DNA from: Candidatus Woesebacteria bacterium GW2011_GWB1_33_22
GTDB lineage: Bacteria > Patescibacteriota > Microgenomatia > UBA8517
Assembly: GCA_000989765.1 (NCBI GenBank)
Contig: LBOW01000001.1
Location: forward strand, 118,538-182,537
Length of the DNA stretch: 64,000 nucleotides
Direction of reading: 5' to 3'
Shown here piece after piece: positions 1 through 10,815 of this stretch; the stretch's first letter is position 1, and each line of letters begins with the position of its first letter. The notes below the pieces were generated by a model, which did no database searches, was not told where the DNA came from, and was given only the letters and a program-made list of their open reading frames with translations. Made by a program: the position numbers and the translations under genes.

Positions 1-71
1 CTAAGATAATTGGCGAGCGAAAAAACAAAAATCCAAATTATAAACTAGGTAGAGCAAGGCTGTTTCAGTAA

Positions 72-581
72 ATGAATAAAATTTTAAAAATCTTGTTTTT
101 TATATTCAGTTTACCTTTATTTTATTATGTCTCACTTTCAAATTCTGAGTTTCCAGATATACCACCAAATTCTGTTCAATCAAATCAACCCGCTGATGTG
201 GAGACACCTTTTAGACGCGGATATTATACAAATCTGACTCGTGAAGAGGTTATCGAGCATTACAAAAAGGAATTTAATAATAAAAATAATTTATATACAC
301 TTCGTCTAAATTATCCACCTGAAGAGTCACAAACCATAATTCGTGATCAAACCAGGAGTACATATTTGGAAGAATTGACGCATCCTTTAAGAGAGTCGCT
401 TTATATCAGTGGTTTAGAAGCCAAAAATTCAATATATCAATTTAATATAAATGGAGTTGATTGGCAACAAAAAATAATAATCAGATACATTCCCAGCAAT
501 GTTTATGTTCGGATACTAGTTATGATTTTGACTATTGGATCTAGTTTATTTTTAATAAAGGAGTTTTTATATGTCAAATAA
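72..581 (+). CDS. hypothetical membrane protein (N- and C-terminal hydrophobic segments)
   Basis: ORF with a signal/TM-like N-terminus and a C-terminal TM segment; no recognisable motif. Confidence 0.4.
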   Translation: MNKILKILFFIFSLPLFYYVSLSNSEFPDIPPNSVQSNQPADVETPFRRGYYTNLTREEVIEHYKKEFNNKNNLYTLRLNYPPEESQTIIRDQTRSTYLEELTHPLRESLYISGLEAKNSIYQFNINGVDWQQKIIIRYIPSNVYVRILVMILTIGSSLFLIKEFLYVK

Positions 582-1848
582 TATTCATAAATTTTTACTA
601 ACAGCACTTTTAATTATGATACCTTTGTTTCCCAAATTCCCACTTTTTGGTGTTTCGGGAACTTATGTTTCTATTAGACTTGAAGACATTTTAATTGCTG
701 TTAGTTCGATTGTATTTCTTCCTTTATTAATTAAGGAAATTAAAAATTTGTTGAATGACAAAATTATCAGGTCTATTATAATCTTTTTATTTATAGGATT
801 GGTTTCGTTTATTTCAGCTGAATTTGTCACCCAAACAATATCGCCAACTATTGGTTTATTGCACCTAGTTAGACGGGCAGAATATTTCTCTTTATTTGTT
901 TATGGATATTTGTATATTAAATATTTATCAAAAAAGGAAGATATTGAATTTTTTGTCAAAATCTTGGCCCTAATTATTGGATATATATTTATATATGGAT
1001 TATTACAACGATATTTTTCTTTTCCGATTGTTATTACTCAAAATTATGAATATTCAAAAGGAATTGCGCTTCGTTGGATACCAGGTTCACATATCAATTC
1101 AACATTTGCTGGTCATTATGATTTGGCAAATTATTTAGTATTAGTAATACCTATATTTATAACTGGCCTTTTTACTTTTAAAGAAAAATTGATAAAAGTT
1201 TGTTTTGGAACAGTGTCTTTATTTGGATATTGGTTATTTTCAAACGCTTTATCACGTATTTCTATAGTTTCATTTATCGTAGCCACAAGTATTTCATTGT
1301 TATTGCTAAAAAAATATAAAGAGATCCTTATTTTTGGAACAATCTCATTAATTTTATTAGGTTTTTCAGAGGGGTTAAGGGACCGATATATGCGTATTTT
1401 TGATTTAATTAAAGATAAGATTTCGACTGTTGTTGTTGTCTACGCAGAGGAATCAAATATTTTTGAAGATAGGTCAACTTCAATCAGACTTAATGTTGAA
1501 TGGCCAAGAGCAATTCGTGCGTTTTCCAAAAACCCCCTTTTAGGAACTGGATATTCTTCAATTTCATTAGCAACTGATAATGATTATCTTAGAGCGTTGG
1601 GAGAAGTTGGTATTCTTGGCTTTTTTTCTTTTATTTTGATTTTTGTAAATATTTTTAAACTATTATATTCAACAGATTTTAATGGTCAAATGAATAATGT
1701 TGAAAAAATATTTTTTGCATCAATGGTAGGTGGCACAATTGGTATTTTAATAAGTGCATTATTTATAGATATTTTTGAAGCATCTAAATTTGCATCAAGT
1801 TACTGGTTGTTGATGGGAATGCTTGTAGGGAGGGTAAAAACTAGTTGA
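571..1848 (+). CDS. O-antigen ligase/polymerase-like polytopic membrane protein (Wzy_C-like)
   Basis: about 10 predicted TM helices with a large loop containing RWIPGSH...AGHYDLANY; sits in a glycan cluster. Confidence 0.5.
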   Translation: MSNNIHKFLLTALLIMIPLFPKFPLFGVSGTYVSIRLEDILIAVSSIVFLPLLIKEIKNLLNDKIIRSIIIFLFIGLVSFISAEFVTQTISPTIGLLHLVRRAEYFSLFVYGYLYIKYLSKKEDIEFFVKILALIIGYIFIYGLLQRYFSFPIVITQNYEYSKGIALRWIPGSHINSTFAGHYDLANYLVLVIPIFITGLFTFKEKLIKVCFGTVSLFGYWLFSNALSRISIVSFIVATSISLLLLKKYKEILIFGTISLILLGFSEGLRDRYMRIFDLIKDKISTVVVVYAEESNIFEDRSTSIRLNVEWPRAIRAFSKNPLLGTGYSSISLATDNDYLRALGEVGILGFFSFILIFVNIFKLLYSTDFNGQMNNVEKIFFASMVGGTIGILISALFIDIFEASKFASSYWLLMGMLVGRVKTS

Positions 1849-1849
1849 T

Positions 1850-3244
1850 ATGAACAAATTATTGGTTCGAGTAAGAACTGTATTAATTAATGAGTATTTT
1901 ATACTGTCAATTATACTTGTATTAGGCTTTATTTTGAGACTATATAAAATTGATAATCCAATAGCTGATTGGCATTCGTGGCGTCAGGCAGATACCTCAT
2001 CCGTTTCTCGCAATTTTGTAAAAAATGGCATTAATATGTTTTACCCAGAATTCGACGATATAAGTAGTATACAAACAGGGATTGATAATCCCACAGGAAT
2101 AAGGATGGTTGAATTTCCAGTTTATAATGCAATTCATGCAATTATTTACAAAAATTTTTCAATTTTTAATCTAGAGAAATGGGGAAGAATATTAACCACA
2201 ATTATTTCTCTTTTAACTACAGTATTTTTATTTTTACTTGCAAAAAAACATTATTCGTCAAAAGTGGGACTCTTGACCGCCTTTTTCTTTACTTTTATTC
2301 CATTTAATATCTATTTTTCAAGAGTAATTTTACCTGATCCTTTAGGTATTCTATTTGCCGTAGCAGGACTTTATTTTTTTGGTATCAATATAGTAGTTTC
2401 GGGGCTTTTATTTGCACTAGCATTTTTACAAAAACCTTATTTTGGAGTTTATTTATTTCCTATAATTCCAGAGTTAATAAAAAAAGAGAATTTAAAGCGT
2501 AATTTTGCATTTATATTTTTAACATCTTTGCCTTTTCTTTTATGGCGTTATTGGACTTCACTTCATCCAGAAGGTATTCCTTTTTATGAATGGGCCTTTA
2601 ATGGAGATAGAATAAGGTTTCATCCTGCATGGTGGAGATGGATTTTTGGAGAAAGAATAGGAATTTTAATTTTAGGTGGTTGGGGGTTAGTACCCTTTGC
2701 CGCAGGTTTGACCAGGAAACTTAAAAATAAATTCAGTTTGCTTTTGAATCTGGGAATGCTTACATCTTTGATAGTTGTAGCTACTGCCAGTGTTAGACAT
2801 GATTATTATCAAATTCTAATTATTCCAGCTGTTTCAATTTCACTAGCGTTAGGATCGCTTTGGTTTTGGAAAAGATCTAAAATAATTTTAGTATTGAGTA
2901 TTTTGGTTATGTTTCTTGTAGGTTGGGATAGAATTAAGCCTTTTTATATGATTAATCATCCAGAACTGATGGAAATTGGTAGGGTAGTAGACACCACCTT
3001 ACCTAAGGATGCCAAGGTTGTCGCTCCATATAATGGTGATACTGCATTTTTGTATCAAATGAATCGTAAGGGCTGGCCTGCAGTTGATAATTCAATTGAC
3101 AATATAATTAAAAGAGGTGCAACTCATTATGTTTCGCTAGATTTAGGAAGTTTGGACTCCGTCAATTTTAGTAAAAGATTTAAAACAGTATTAAAAACCG
3201 ATAAATTTATAATTTTAGATTTAAACAAAGAAATTAAAAAATGA
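1850..3244 (+). CDS. GT-C fold membrane glycosyltransferase (GT39/ArnT-like)
   Basis: polytopic membrane protein with an N-terminal DWHSWRQAD-type loop typical of ArnT/PMT-family lipid-linked sugar transferases. Confidence 0.5.
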   Translation: MNKLLVRVRTVLINEYFILSIILVLGFILRLYKIDNPIADWHSWRQADTSSVSRNFVKNGINMFYPEFDDISSIQTGIDNPTGIRMVEFPVYNAIHAIIYKNFSIFNLEKWGRILTTIISLLTTVFLFLLAKKHYSSKVGLLTAFFFTFIPFNIYFSRVILPDPLGILFAVAGLYFFGINIVVSGLLFALAFLQKPYFGVYLFPIIPELIKKENLKRNFAFIFLTSLPFLLWRYWTSLHPEGIPFYEWAFNGDRIRFHPAWWRWIFGERIGILILGGWGLVPFAAGLTRKLKNKFSLLLNLGMLTSLIVVATASVRHDYYQILIIPAVSISLALGSLWFWKRSKIILVLSILVMFLVGWDRIKPFYMINHPELMEIGRVVDTTLPKDAKVVAPYNGDTAFLYQMNRKGWPAVDNSIDNIIKRGATHYVSLDLGSLDSVNFSKRFKTVLKTDKFIILDLNKEIKK

Positions 3245-4428
3245 AGATTTTAATGCTTGTGCCATTTTTACCAATTGATCAAATGTCTGGTGGGCAGACA
3301 AGATGGTTCCATTTAATTAAACATTTAAGTGAAAAACATGAGATAACTTTAATGTCTTTAATCAAAGATGAAGAAGAAAAAGAATACTTACCCCAAATAG
3401 AAAAATATTGTAAAAAAGTATACGTTTTTAAAAGGCCAAAATCCCCTTGGACTTTTAGAAATTTATTTTTAACTTTAATTAGTTTTAATCCCTTGGTTGT
3501 TATTCGAAATTTTTCAATGGAAGAAAGATCTGCAATTTATAAAGAATTGTCGACTAATGAATATGATCTTATTCATGCCGAAACTTTTTATGTCATGCCC
3601 CATATTCCAAAAACTAAAATCCCAATTATTTTGGTTGAGCCAACTATTGAATATTCTGTTTATAAACATTATGTGGATAACGAAGTTAATCCAATTTTAA
3701 AACCAATTTATATGTTTGATATATTAAAGCTTAAATTTTGGGAAAAGTTTTACTGGCGTCGAGCCAGCAGACTTTTTGCTGTTTCTGAAGATGACAAAAA
3801 GGTTATGCAAAAAGAGATACCAACAAAAGATGTTGGTGTTATTTCAAACGGTGTAGATCTTGAATTTTTTGATAGTAAAAAAGTTGTTAAAAAAAATCCG
3901 CCTCGGATTTTATACCATGGTAATTATAAGTGGATGCAAAATGTAGAAGCAGTTAATCTTTTAGTTCATGAAATCTGGCCAAAAATAAAAAAAGAAATTA
4001 AAGATGTAAAACTTTGGATTTCGGGTCGTAATGTTCCTCCAGAAATAATTGCATATTCTAAATTAGATAAAGACATAGAAATTTCCGAAAGCATTAAAGA
4101 TAATAGAGATATTTATAAAGCGTCAACTGTTTTAGTTACTCCTATTCGAGGCCCAGGGGGAACTAGACTTAAGGTTTTAGAAGCAATGGCCTCAGATTTG
4201 CCTGTCGTTTCAACCCCAGTTGGTGTTGCAGGTCTTGGAATTATCGAGGGAAAGCACGCTTTAGTTTCGCCAAATATGGAAACTTTATCTGAAATGGTTA
4301 TCGATCTTTTAAAAAACAAAGACAAAGCAGAAAGAATAGGAAAAGCAGGTAGAGAATTTGTTAAAATTAACTTCGATTGGAGTGGAATTGTAGCTAAACT
4401 AAATAAAGTATATGATGCAACCAAATGA
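3241..4428 (+). CDS. glycosyltransferase family 4 (GT-B, group 1)
   Basis: C-terminal EAMASDLPVVSTPVGV...G motif of GT1/GT4 enzymes; start overlaps the upstream stop. Confidence 0.8.
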   Translation: MKILMLVPFLPIDQMSGGQTRWFHLIKHLSEKHEITLMSLIKDEEEKEYLPQIEKYCKKVYVFKRPKSPWTFRNLFLTLISFNPLVVIRNFSMEERSAIYKELSTNEYDLIHAETFYVMPHIPKTKIPIILVEPTIEYSVYKHYVDNEVNPILKPIYMFDILKLKFWEKFYWRRASRLFAVSEDDKKVMQKEIPTKDVGVISNGVDLEFFDSKKVVKKNPPRILYHGNYKWMQNVEAVNLLVHEIWPKIKKEIKDVKLWISGRNVPPEIIAYSKLDKDIEISESIKDNRDIYKASTVLVTPIRGPGGTRLKVLEAMASDLPVVSTPVGVAGLGIIEGKHALVSPNMETLSEMVIDLLKNKDKAERIGKAGREFVKINFDWSGIVAKLNKVYDATK

Positions 4429-5466
4429 AAATATTAATTGACGCAAGGCTTTGGGGACCAAAAAACACTGGAAATGGTAGGTATACAAAAGAATTAATTG
4501 AAAATTTGGCAAAAATAGATCTAAAAAATAATTATATTATTTTATTGAGAAAAGATAATTTTGATAAAGTTATTTTGCCTAATAATTTTCAAAAAGTTTT
4601 AGCTGATTTTAAACATTATTCTTTTGAAGAACAATTTAAACTACCACTTTTGATAAATAAATATAAGCCAAACTTGGTTCATTTCCCCCACTTTAACGTT
4701 CCAATTTTTTACTTTGGAAAGTTTGTTGTTACCATTCATGATCTTATAATGCATAAATTTACTGGTGGGGAAGCAACGACAAGAAAATTTCCAATTTATC
4801 AAATTTGGAGAATAGGATATTACCTTTCTTTTACAAAAGCAGTTTTTGGGTCAGTTAAAATAATTGTTCCAAGTAATCTTGTTAAAACAGAATTAGTCTA
4901 TTATTACAACATTGATTTAAATAAAGTGGAGGTAACCTATGAGTAAATATTTTATATACACGGGGAATGCCTATCCTCATAAGAATTTAAGTAGACTTAT
5001 TGATGCAGTTGTTTTGTTAAAGACGAACCTAAGAATTGTTTCTGGTAGAAGCGTGTTTATTGAAAGACTGGAAAATGAGATAAAACTTAAAAATGCAGAA
5101 AAATATGTTGAGGTTTTAGGGTTTGTAGATGACGATGATTTAACAAAACTCTATAAAGATTCAGTAGCTTTTGTTTTTCCCACACTTGCAGAAGGTTTTG
5201 GATTGCCTCCCATGGAAGCCATTAATGCAGGAACATTGGCAGTTGTGTCTGAAATTCCAGTATTAAAAGAAGTTTACGAAGATTCTGTTTTTTATTTTGA
5301 CCCACTAAATGTAAATTCAATAAAAAATGCTTTGGAAAAAATATTAAAAATTAAGGATGAAGAAAAAGAAAAAATAATAGCAAAATCACAAAAATTCTTA
5401 AAAAGATATTCATGGCTTAAAATGGCCAAAGAAACACTTGAGGTTTATAAGTTAATAAAGACATAA
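4425..5466 (+). pseudogene. GT4 glycosyltransferase split into two overlapping ORFs (4425-4946 N-domain, 4939-5466 C-domain), apparently by a frameshift
   Basis: the first ORF carries a GT4 N-terminal domain and the second carries the conserved C-terminal GFGLPPMEA motif; together about 348 aa, the size of one enzyme; the ORFs overlap by 8 nt. Confidence 0.55.
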
Positions 5467-5488
5467 TATTTGGAGTAAAATACTTCTA

Positions 5489-6619
5489 ATGGATCTTAAT
5501 AATCTGAAAATTGCAATTGTATATGATAGGGTAAATAAATTTGGTGGGGCGGAGAGAGTGTTGTTGTCATTTCATGAGATGTTCCCAAAAGCACCACTTT
5601 ATACATCTGTTTACGATCCCAAAAAGGCTTCTTGGGCGTCAGTTTTCTCAAAAATTTACACAACTTTTCTACAAAAGATACCTATATTACGAAATTATCA
5701 TGAACTAATGGGGTGGTTGATGCCAATAGCTTTTGAGACTTATAATTTTGACAATTACGATTTAGTGATTTCTGTTACTTCTGAGGCCGCAAAGGGAATT
5801 ATTACGGGCACAAAGACGTTACATGTTTGCTACATGTTAACTCCCACTCGCTACCTTTGGTCACACTATGAGTCATACTTTAAAGGTTCAACCTTTAAAG
5901 GTCTGACTAAACCAATTGTTAATTATTTAAGATGGTGGGATGAGGTTGCAAGTAAAAGACCCGATAAAATAATAGCAATATCAACTGAAGTGAAAAGAAG
6001 AATAAAAAAATATTATGATCGTGATAGTGAGATAATATTCCCTCCCGTTAATTCTCCCGAGGTGGCATTAGTAAATCACCCCAGGGGTGGAATTTATTAT
6101 TTATACGTAGGGAGATTGGTTGGTTATAAAAAAGTTGATTTATTAATTGAGACTTTTAATGATTTAGGTTTACCACTTGTTGTGGTGGGAATTGGTGCAG
6201 AATTATCTAAATTAAAACGTAAAGCTCATAACAACATCAAATTTTTATGTCAAGTAACAGATAAAGAGTTAGTCAAAATATATCAAGGTGCAAAGGCATT
6301 GATAATGCCCCAAATAGAAGACTTTGGAATTACTTCAGTTGAGGCTCAGGGAATTGGAGTTCCTGTTATTGCATATAATAAAGGTGGAGCAATGGATACT
6401 GTCATACCAAATAAGACTGGAATTTTTTTTAATAACCAAACAAAAGAAAGTTTAAAGCAGGCAATTGCAAAATTTGATACAATGAGATTTAATAATATAG
6501 ACTTAATAAACAATGCTAAAAATTTTTCAAAAGAGAAATTTAAAAGAAAACTACAAAGATCACTTGTACGCTCTTATAGTAGTTGGTGGAGGAGGAACAC
6601 GTCTTTGGCCAGTATCTAA
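5489..6619 (+). CDS. glycosyltransferase family 4
   Basis: N-terminal KIAIVYDRVNKFGGAERV and C-terminal GT1 signature; contains an in-frame REP palindrome at 5878-5900. Confidence 0.75.
   Translation: MDLNNLKIAIVYDRVNKFGGAERVLLSFHEMFPKAPLYTSVYDPKKASWASVFSKIYTTFLQKIPILRNYHELMGWLMPIAFETYNFDNYDLVISVTSEAAKGIITGTKTLHVCYMLTPTRYLWSHYESYFKGSTFKGLTKPIVNYLRWWDEVASKRPDKIIAISTEVKRRIKKYYDRDSEIIFPPVNSPEVALVNHPRGGIYYLYVGRLVGYKKVDLLIETFNDLGLPLVVVGIGAELSKLKRKAHNNIKFLCQVTDKELVKIYQGAKALIMPQIEDFGITSVEAQGIGVPVIAYNKGGAMDTVIPNKTGIFFNNQTKESLKQAIAKFDTMRFNNIDLINNAKNFSKEKFKRKLQRSLVRSYSSWWRRNTSLASI
5878..5900. repeat. REP-like palindrome copy 1 (CTTTAAAGGTT-C-AACCTTTAAAG), in-frame inside a GT4 gene
   Basis: perfect 11-bp arms; encodes FKGSTFKG. 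Confidence 0.85.
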
Positions 6620-7649
6620 AATTTCATCTCCAAAACAATTTTTGAAATTATTTAATAATCAAACTTTAACGCAGATCACCTCGTATCGTTTTAATAAAAT
6701 TCTGGCTTGGGAGAAAATATTTGCAGTTACAACCAGCGAAGAATATAAAAAGGAGATTCTTAAAGAAGTACCAGAATTTATAGCGAAAAATATCATTGTC
6801 GAACCAATAAAACGAAATACTGCGGCAGCTCACGCCTTAGGTTGTGTTTATATTGTACAAAAAGATTCCAAAGCCATAATCTTAAATGAAGCAGCTGATC
6901 ACTTAGTAGATCCACAAAGAGAGTACTTAAAGAATTTATTATCCGCCGCTAAAGCTGTTTTTGATAAAGATTTACTTTTAGCCATTGGAATAAAACCAAC
7001 TTACCCAAATGTTGGGTATGGATATATAAAATTAGGCGAAAAATTAGCTGAATATGATGGAAAACATGTCTTTAAACTAGATGCTTTTACCGAAAAACCT
7101 GAACTTGAAATTGCAAAAAAGTATTTAGCTTCTGGCAAATATTTTTGGAACGGAAATCAGTATGTCTGGGGAGCCCAAACTTTTCTTAAGGCATTAGAAA
7201 AATATGCTCCAGATATCGCCTCAGGAATGAAACTAATTGCAGGTGTGATTGGAGAAAAAAAAGAGAAAGAAATTATTAAAGAAGTTTATGAAAAACTTCC
7301 TGATATCTCTGTTGATTATGCAGTAAGCGAAAAGGCTAAAAACTTTATAATGATTGTTGCAGATTATGGTTGGACTGATATAGGAGATTGGAAAGAAGTT
7401 TGGGAAAATAGTCCAAAAGATCACAATGGAAATGTAGTAATTACTGAAAATAGTGAAAAAGTAATTAATATCGACACAACTGATGCCTTAATCCATTCTG
7501 ACGGAAGGCTAATAGCTGCAATTGACGTAGATAATTTAATTATTGTAGATACGGAAAAGGCACTACTAGTTTGTTCAAAAAGCCACGCTCAATCGGTTAA
7601 AAAAATTGTCGAGTTTTTAAAGGAAAAGAATAGGAAAGATCTTCTTTAA
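6513..7649 (+). CDS. mannose-1-phosphate guanylyltransferase-like sugar nucleotidyltransferase
   Basis: ALIVVGGGGTRLWP nucleotidyltransferase G-loop; ManC-like length; the annotated ATG overlaps the upstream gene by 107 nt, so the true start may lie downstream. Confidence 0.7.
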   Translation: MLKIFQKRNLKENYKDHLYALIVVGGGGTRLWPVSKISSPKQFLKLFNNQTLTQITSYRFNKILAWEKIFAVTTSEEYKKEILKEVPEFIAKNIIVEPIKRNTAAAHALGCVYIVQKDSKAIILNEAADHLVDPQREYLKNLLSAAKAVFDKDLLLAIGIKPTYPNVGYGYIKLGEKLAEYDGKHVFKLDAFTEKPELEIAKKYLASGKYFWNGNQYVWGAQTFLKALEKYAPDIASGMKLIAGVIGEKKEKEIIKEVYEKLPDISVDYAVSEKAKNFIMIVADYGWTDIGDWKEVWENSPKDHNGNVVITENSEKVINIDTTDALIHSDGRLIAAIDVDNLIIVDTEKALLVCSKSHAQSVKKIVEFLKEKNRKDLL

Positions 7650-7655
7650 ACTAAA

Positions 7656-8306
7656 ATGTTTTTTGAATTTATAAAACGAACAATAGATTTTACCTCGGCG
7701 ATAATATTAATTATTATTTTTTCCCCAATAATGTTACTCACTGCAATAATTATTAAAATTACGTCCCCTGGCCCTATTTTGGTTGAAGGTACCAACAAAA
7801 CTGCACAAAGAGTTGGGAAAAATGCTAAAGTCTTTTATCATTTTAAATTTAGATCGATGATGGTTAATGCTTATGAAATTATTAAAAATCATCCTAGATT
7901 TAGAAAATTATACTCTGAATATAAAAAATCAAACTTCAAACTAAGTAAGGACCCTCGTGTTACCAAATTTGGAAAATTTATTCGAAAATATTCAATAGAT
8001 GAAACTCCCCAATTTTTCAATGTCTTAATGGGGGAAATGAGCCTGGTTGGGCCTAGACCGTGTTTTGTGGAAGAACTTGAGGAACAAAAGAAGAGGTTTC
8101 CTGAGTGTGAGAAATACATCAAGGAAATGTTAAAAGTTAAACCTGGAATTACAGGATATTGGCAAGTATCAGGTAGAAGTGAAGTTAATTTTGACAAACG
8201 CGTTGAGATGGACGCTTATTATGCCAGAAAAAAGTCACTTTTTTTTGATCTTTTGATAATATTAAAAACTCCATGGGCTATGATTAGTGGAAAAGGTGCT
8301 GTATAA
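7656..8306 (+). CDS. bacterial sugar transferase (polyprenyl-phosphate hexose-1-phosphate transferase, WbaP/WcaJ C-domain type)
   Basis: N-terminal TM segment, LVGPRP and KPGITGYWQVSGRS motifs of PF02397. Confidence 0.85.
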   Translation: MFFEFIKRTIDFTSAIILIIIFSPIMLLTAIIIKITSPGPILVEGTNKTAQRVGKNAKVFYHFKFRSMMVNAYEIIKNHPRFRKLYSEYKKSNFKLSKDPRVTKFGKFIRKYSIDETPQFFNVLMGEMSLVGPRPCFVEELEEQKKRFPECEKYIKEMLKVKPGITGYWQVSGRSEVNFDKRVEMDAYYARKKSLFFDLLIILKTPWAMISGKGAV

Positions 8307-8318
8307 TTTTTATTCAAT

Positions 8319-10268
8319 ATGAAAGAAGAACCTGCTATCTTAATTCCTAAAATAGAGCCTGATAAGCTTGAGGTTGTAACTAAACCAAAATCTAAATTAA
8401 AGATTAAATTTTTTGTAATACCTTCAGTAATTTTATTAATTATTTTCCTTTTATTACTCCCGATTTTACTGTTTGGTGCTAGGGCAAACAAGGCTTATAA
8501 ACAAATATTACCAATTGTAGAAAATATAAACATTGAAGATACGAACAAGCTTAAAAGCGATTTAGCCTTAGTTAAAACTTCAGTTTCTGATTTAAAAAAG
8601 TCGTACAAATTGTTTTCTTGGATGAAAATATTTCCAATCGTTGGAAAGTATGTCGGAGATTTAGGTCATTCGATTAACGCTGGAACATATGTAATAGACG
8701 CTGGGGAAATTATGTTAACTACAGTTGAGCCTTATTTGGAAGTGTTGGGCTTTAAGGATGATGGAAAGGATAGTACACAAACATCTCAGGAAAGAATTGA
8801 TTTCATTATAAATTCCATTCCTGAAATATTACCTAAAGCTGGGGACATTTCGGAAAAATTCAAAAAAGCTGAAGAAGAGATGTCAAATATTAATCCTAAT
8901 GATTATCCTGAAAAATTTAAAGGCATTGATTTAAGAGAAAAATTGAAAAAAGGACTTGATCTTTTTAAAGAAATTTCTGGATATATTTCTGAAAGTAAGC
9001 CACTTTTGGAAACGGCACCATACCTTTTAGGTGTTGATAGTGAAGATGGTACATCGAATGATAGAAAATATTTGGTCCTTTTTCAAAATGATAAGGAACT
9101 TCGAGCAACTGGTGGATTTTTAACTGCATACTCAATAATGAAAGTATCTAAAGCAAAATTTGAACCCGTTTCTTCCGATGATATATATAATCTTGACGCC
9201 AAATATAAGCCTTCTCTTCCTGCTCCAACCGCAATTGTTGATCTTATAAAAGGCCCGTATGTCCTTTCCCAAAATATCAGACTTCGTGACATGAATTATT
9301 CTCCTGATTTTAAAGTTGCAATGGATCTTTTTTTTGAGGAAGCAAAAGATCTTGGATTAAAAGACGTAGATGGAATAATTGCGGTTGATACGGGACTTTT
9401 GGTAAATTTGCTTGATGCTTTGGGCGAAATTGGAGTCCCTGGATTTGGAAATTTTTCAACTAAGATAGAACCTAAATGTAATTGTCCTCAAGTTATTTAT
9501 GAACTTGAAAGTTTTGCAGATGTTGAAGGCCCAATTATCTGGGATCCATTGACAGGTGAGATTATATTAAGACCTAAAAATTCAGATAACAGAAAAAAAA
9601 TAATTGGACCATTAATGAATTCAATTTTAGCTAATTCATTTGGCTCGACTAAAGACAAACTTCCCAAATTGATTAATGCGGTTTTTAAATCTATTACTGA
9701 AAAACATGTACTTTTTTACTTGCATAATGAAGATGCCCAAAAAGCAGTTGAGGGGTTTGGAATTGCAGGAAGAATGGAAACTGGTGCATCAGATTATCTT
9801 CATATAAACGACTCAAATTTAGGTGGTCGAAAATCAAACCTTTACGCGAAAGCGGAAGTTGAACAAGATATTGTAGTCAATAAAGAGGGTTTAATTGAAA
9901 AAACAATTACAATTACTTATAAAAATCCAGAAAAACATGATGGCTGGCTTAACTCAGTTCTTCCTAATTGGGTAAGAGTATATGTGCCTGAAGGCAGTAA
10001 ATTAACAGACGCCGAAGGGTTAGAAAAACAATATGAAACAACAACAGAATTAGGTAAAACTGTTTTTTCCGGGTTTTTTAAATTAAGACCAGAAGGGGTT
10101 TCCAAAGTTATTTTTAAATACATTTTGCCATTTAAGAAGTCTAATGATTATAAAATATATATGCAAAAACAACCTGGAACTGATGCTCCACTTTATAGAA
10201 TTATAACTTCGAAAAGTGAGGAGGAGTTCTTGTTAAATATAGACAAAGAAATTAGAATCAAGTTGTGA
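8319..10268 (+). CDS. large membrane-anchored exported protein, DUF4012-like
   Basis: single N-terminal TM segment, then a LVLFQNDKELRATGGF-type core resembling DUF4012 proteins found next to polysaccharide loci. Confidence 0.45.
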   Translation: MKEEPAILIPKIEPDKLEVVTKPKSKLKIKFFVIPSVILLIIFLLLLPILLFGARANKAYKQILPIVENINIEDTNKLKSDLALVKTSVSDLKKSYKLFSWMKIFPIVGKYVGDLGHSINAGTYVIDAGEIMLTTVEPYLEVLGFKDDGKDSTQTSQERIDFIINSIPEILPKAGDISEKFKKAEEEMSNINPNDYPEKFKGIDLREKLKKGLDLFKEISGYISESKPLLETAPYLLGVDSEDGTSNDRKYLVLFQNDKELRATGGFLTAYSIMKVSKAKFEPVSSDDIYNLDAKYKPSLPAPTAIVDLIKGPYVLSQNIRLRDMNYSPDFKVAMDLFFEEAKDLGLKDVDGIIAVDTGLLVNLLDALGEIGVPGFGNFSTKIEPKCNCPQVIYELESFADVEGPIIWDPLTGEIILRPKNSDNRKKIIGPLMNSILANSFGSTKDKLPKLINAVFKSITEKHVLFYLHNEDAQKAVEGFGIAGRMETGASDYLHINDSNLGGRKSNLYAKAEVEQDIVVNKEGLIEKTITITYKNPEKHDGWLNSVLPNWVRVYVPEGSKLTDAEGLEKQYETTTELGKTVFSGFFKLRPEGVSKVIFKYILPFKKSNDYKIYMQKQPGTDAPLYRIITSKSEEEFLLNIDKEIRIKL

Positions 10269-10810
10269 GACCACGAATTTATTCTTCAGAGGGAATTATC
10301 TTAAAAAGAAAAAATTATGGTGAGGCAGATAGAATTTTAACTGTATTTTCAAAGCATTTTGGTAAAAACACATTTCTAGCTAAAGGTGTAAGAAAATTGG
10401 CATCAAAAAAAAGAGGACATTTAGAAATATTTACACAAATTAAATTTTCAGCCGTGACAGGTAAAGGGTTTGATATTTTGACTGAAACCATAAGTATTAA
10501 TAACTTCAGTAAAGTAAGGCTAAGTTTAAATAAAGTTTCACTTGCATACTATTTTTGTGAAGTTGTAAACAAAATAACCAGGGAGGGAGAGAAACAGTCA
10601 ATAGTCTATGGTCTACTGTCCACGGCCCTTGAACAGTTAAGTACTGCAAAAAATTTAAAAATACTTCGAAAACAATTTATTTTAGATTTATTAATTGATC
10701 TAGGCTTTTGGCCTGAAAGCAGAAAAATGATTGACCATGATATTGAATTAGAGGAAGTTTTGGAGAGACAAATATACTCTGTCAGAGTTGGTAAAAAAGT
10801 ATTAGAATAA
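10265..10810 (+). CDS. recO: DNA repair protein RecO (short form)
   Basis: N-terminal OB-fold signature EGIILKRKNYGEADRILTVFSKHFGK...AKGVRK; GTG start overlapping the upstream stop (GTGA). Confidence 0.7.
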   Translation: MRPRIYSSEGIILKRKNYGEADRILTVFSKHFGKNTFLAKGVRKLASKKRGHLEIFTQIKFSAVTGKGFDILTETISINNFSKVRLSLNKVSLAYYFCEVVNKITREGEKQSIVYGLLSTALEQLSTAKNLKILRKQFILDLLIDLGFWPESRKMIDHDIELEEVLERQIYSVRVGKKVLE

Positions 10811-10815
10811 CAACT

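Noticed and set aside
3497-4424. ORFs 3497-3700 (+) and 4113-4424 (-) inside the GT4 gene
   Set aside because: They are embedded or antisense within a well-supported glycosyltransferase ORF; low-complexity translations.
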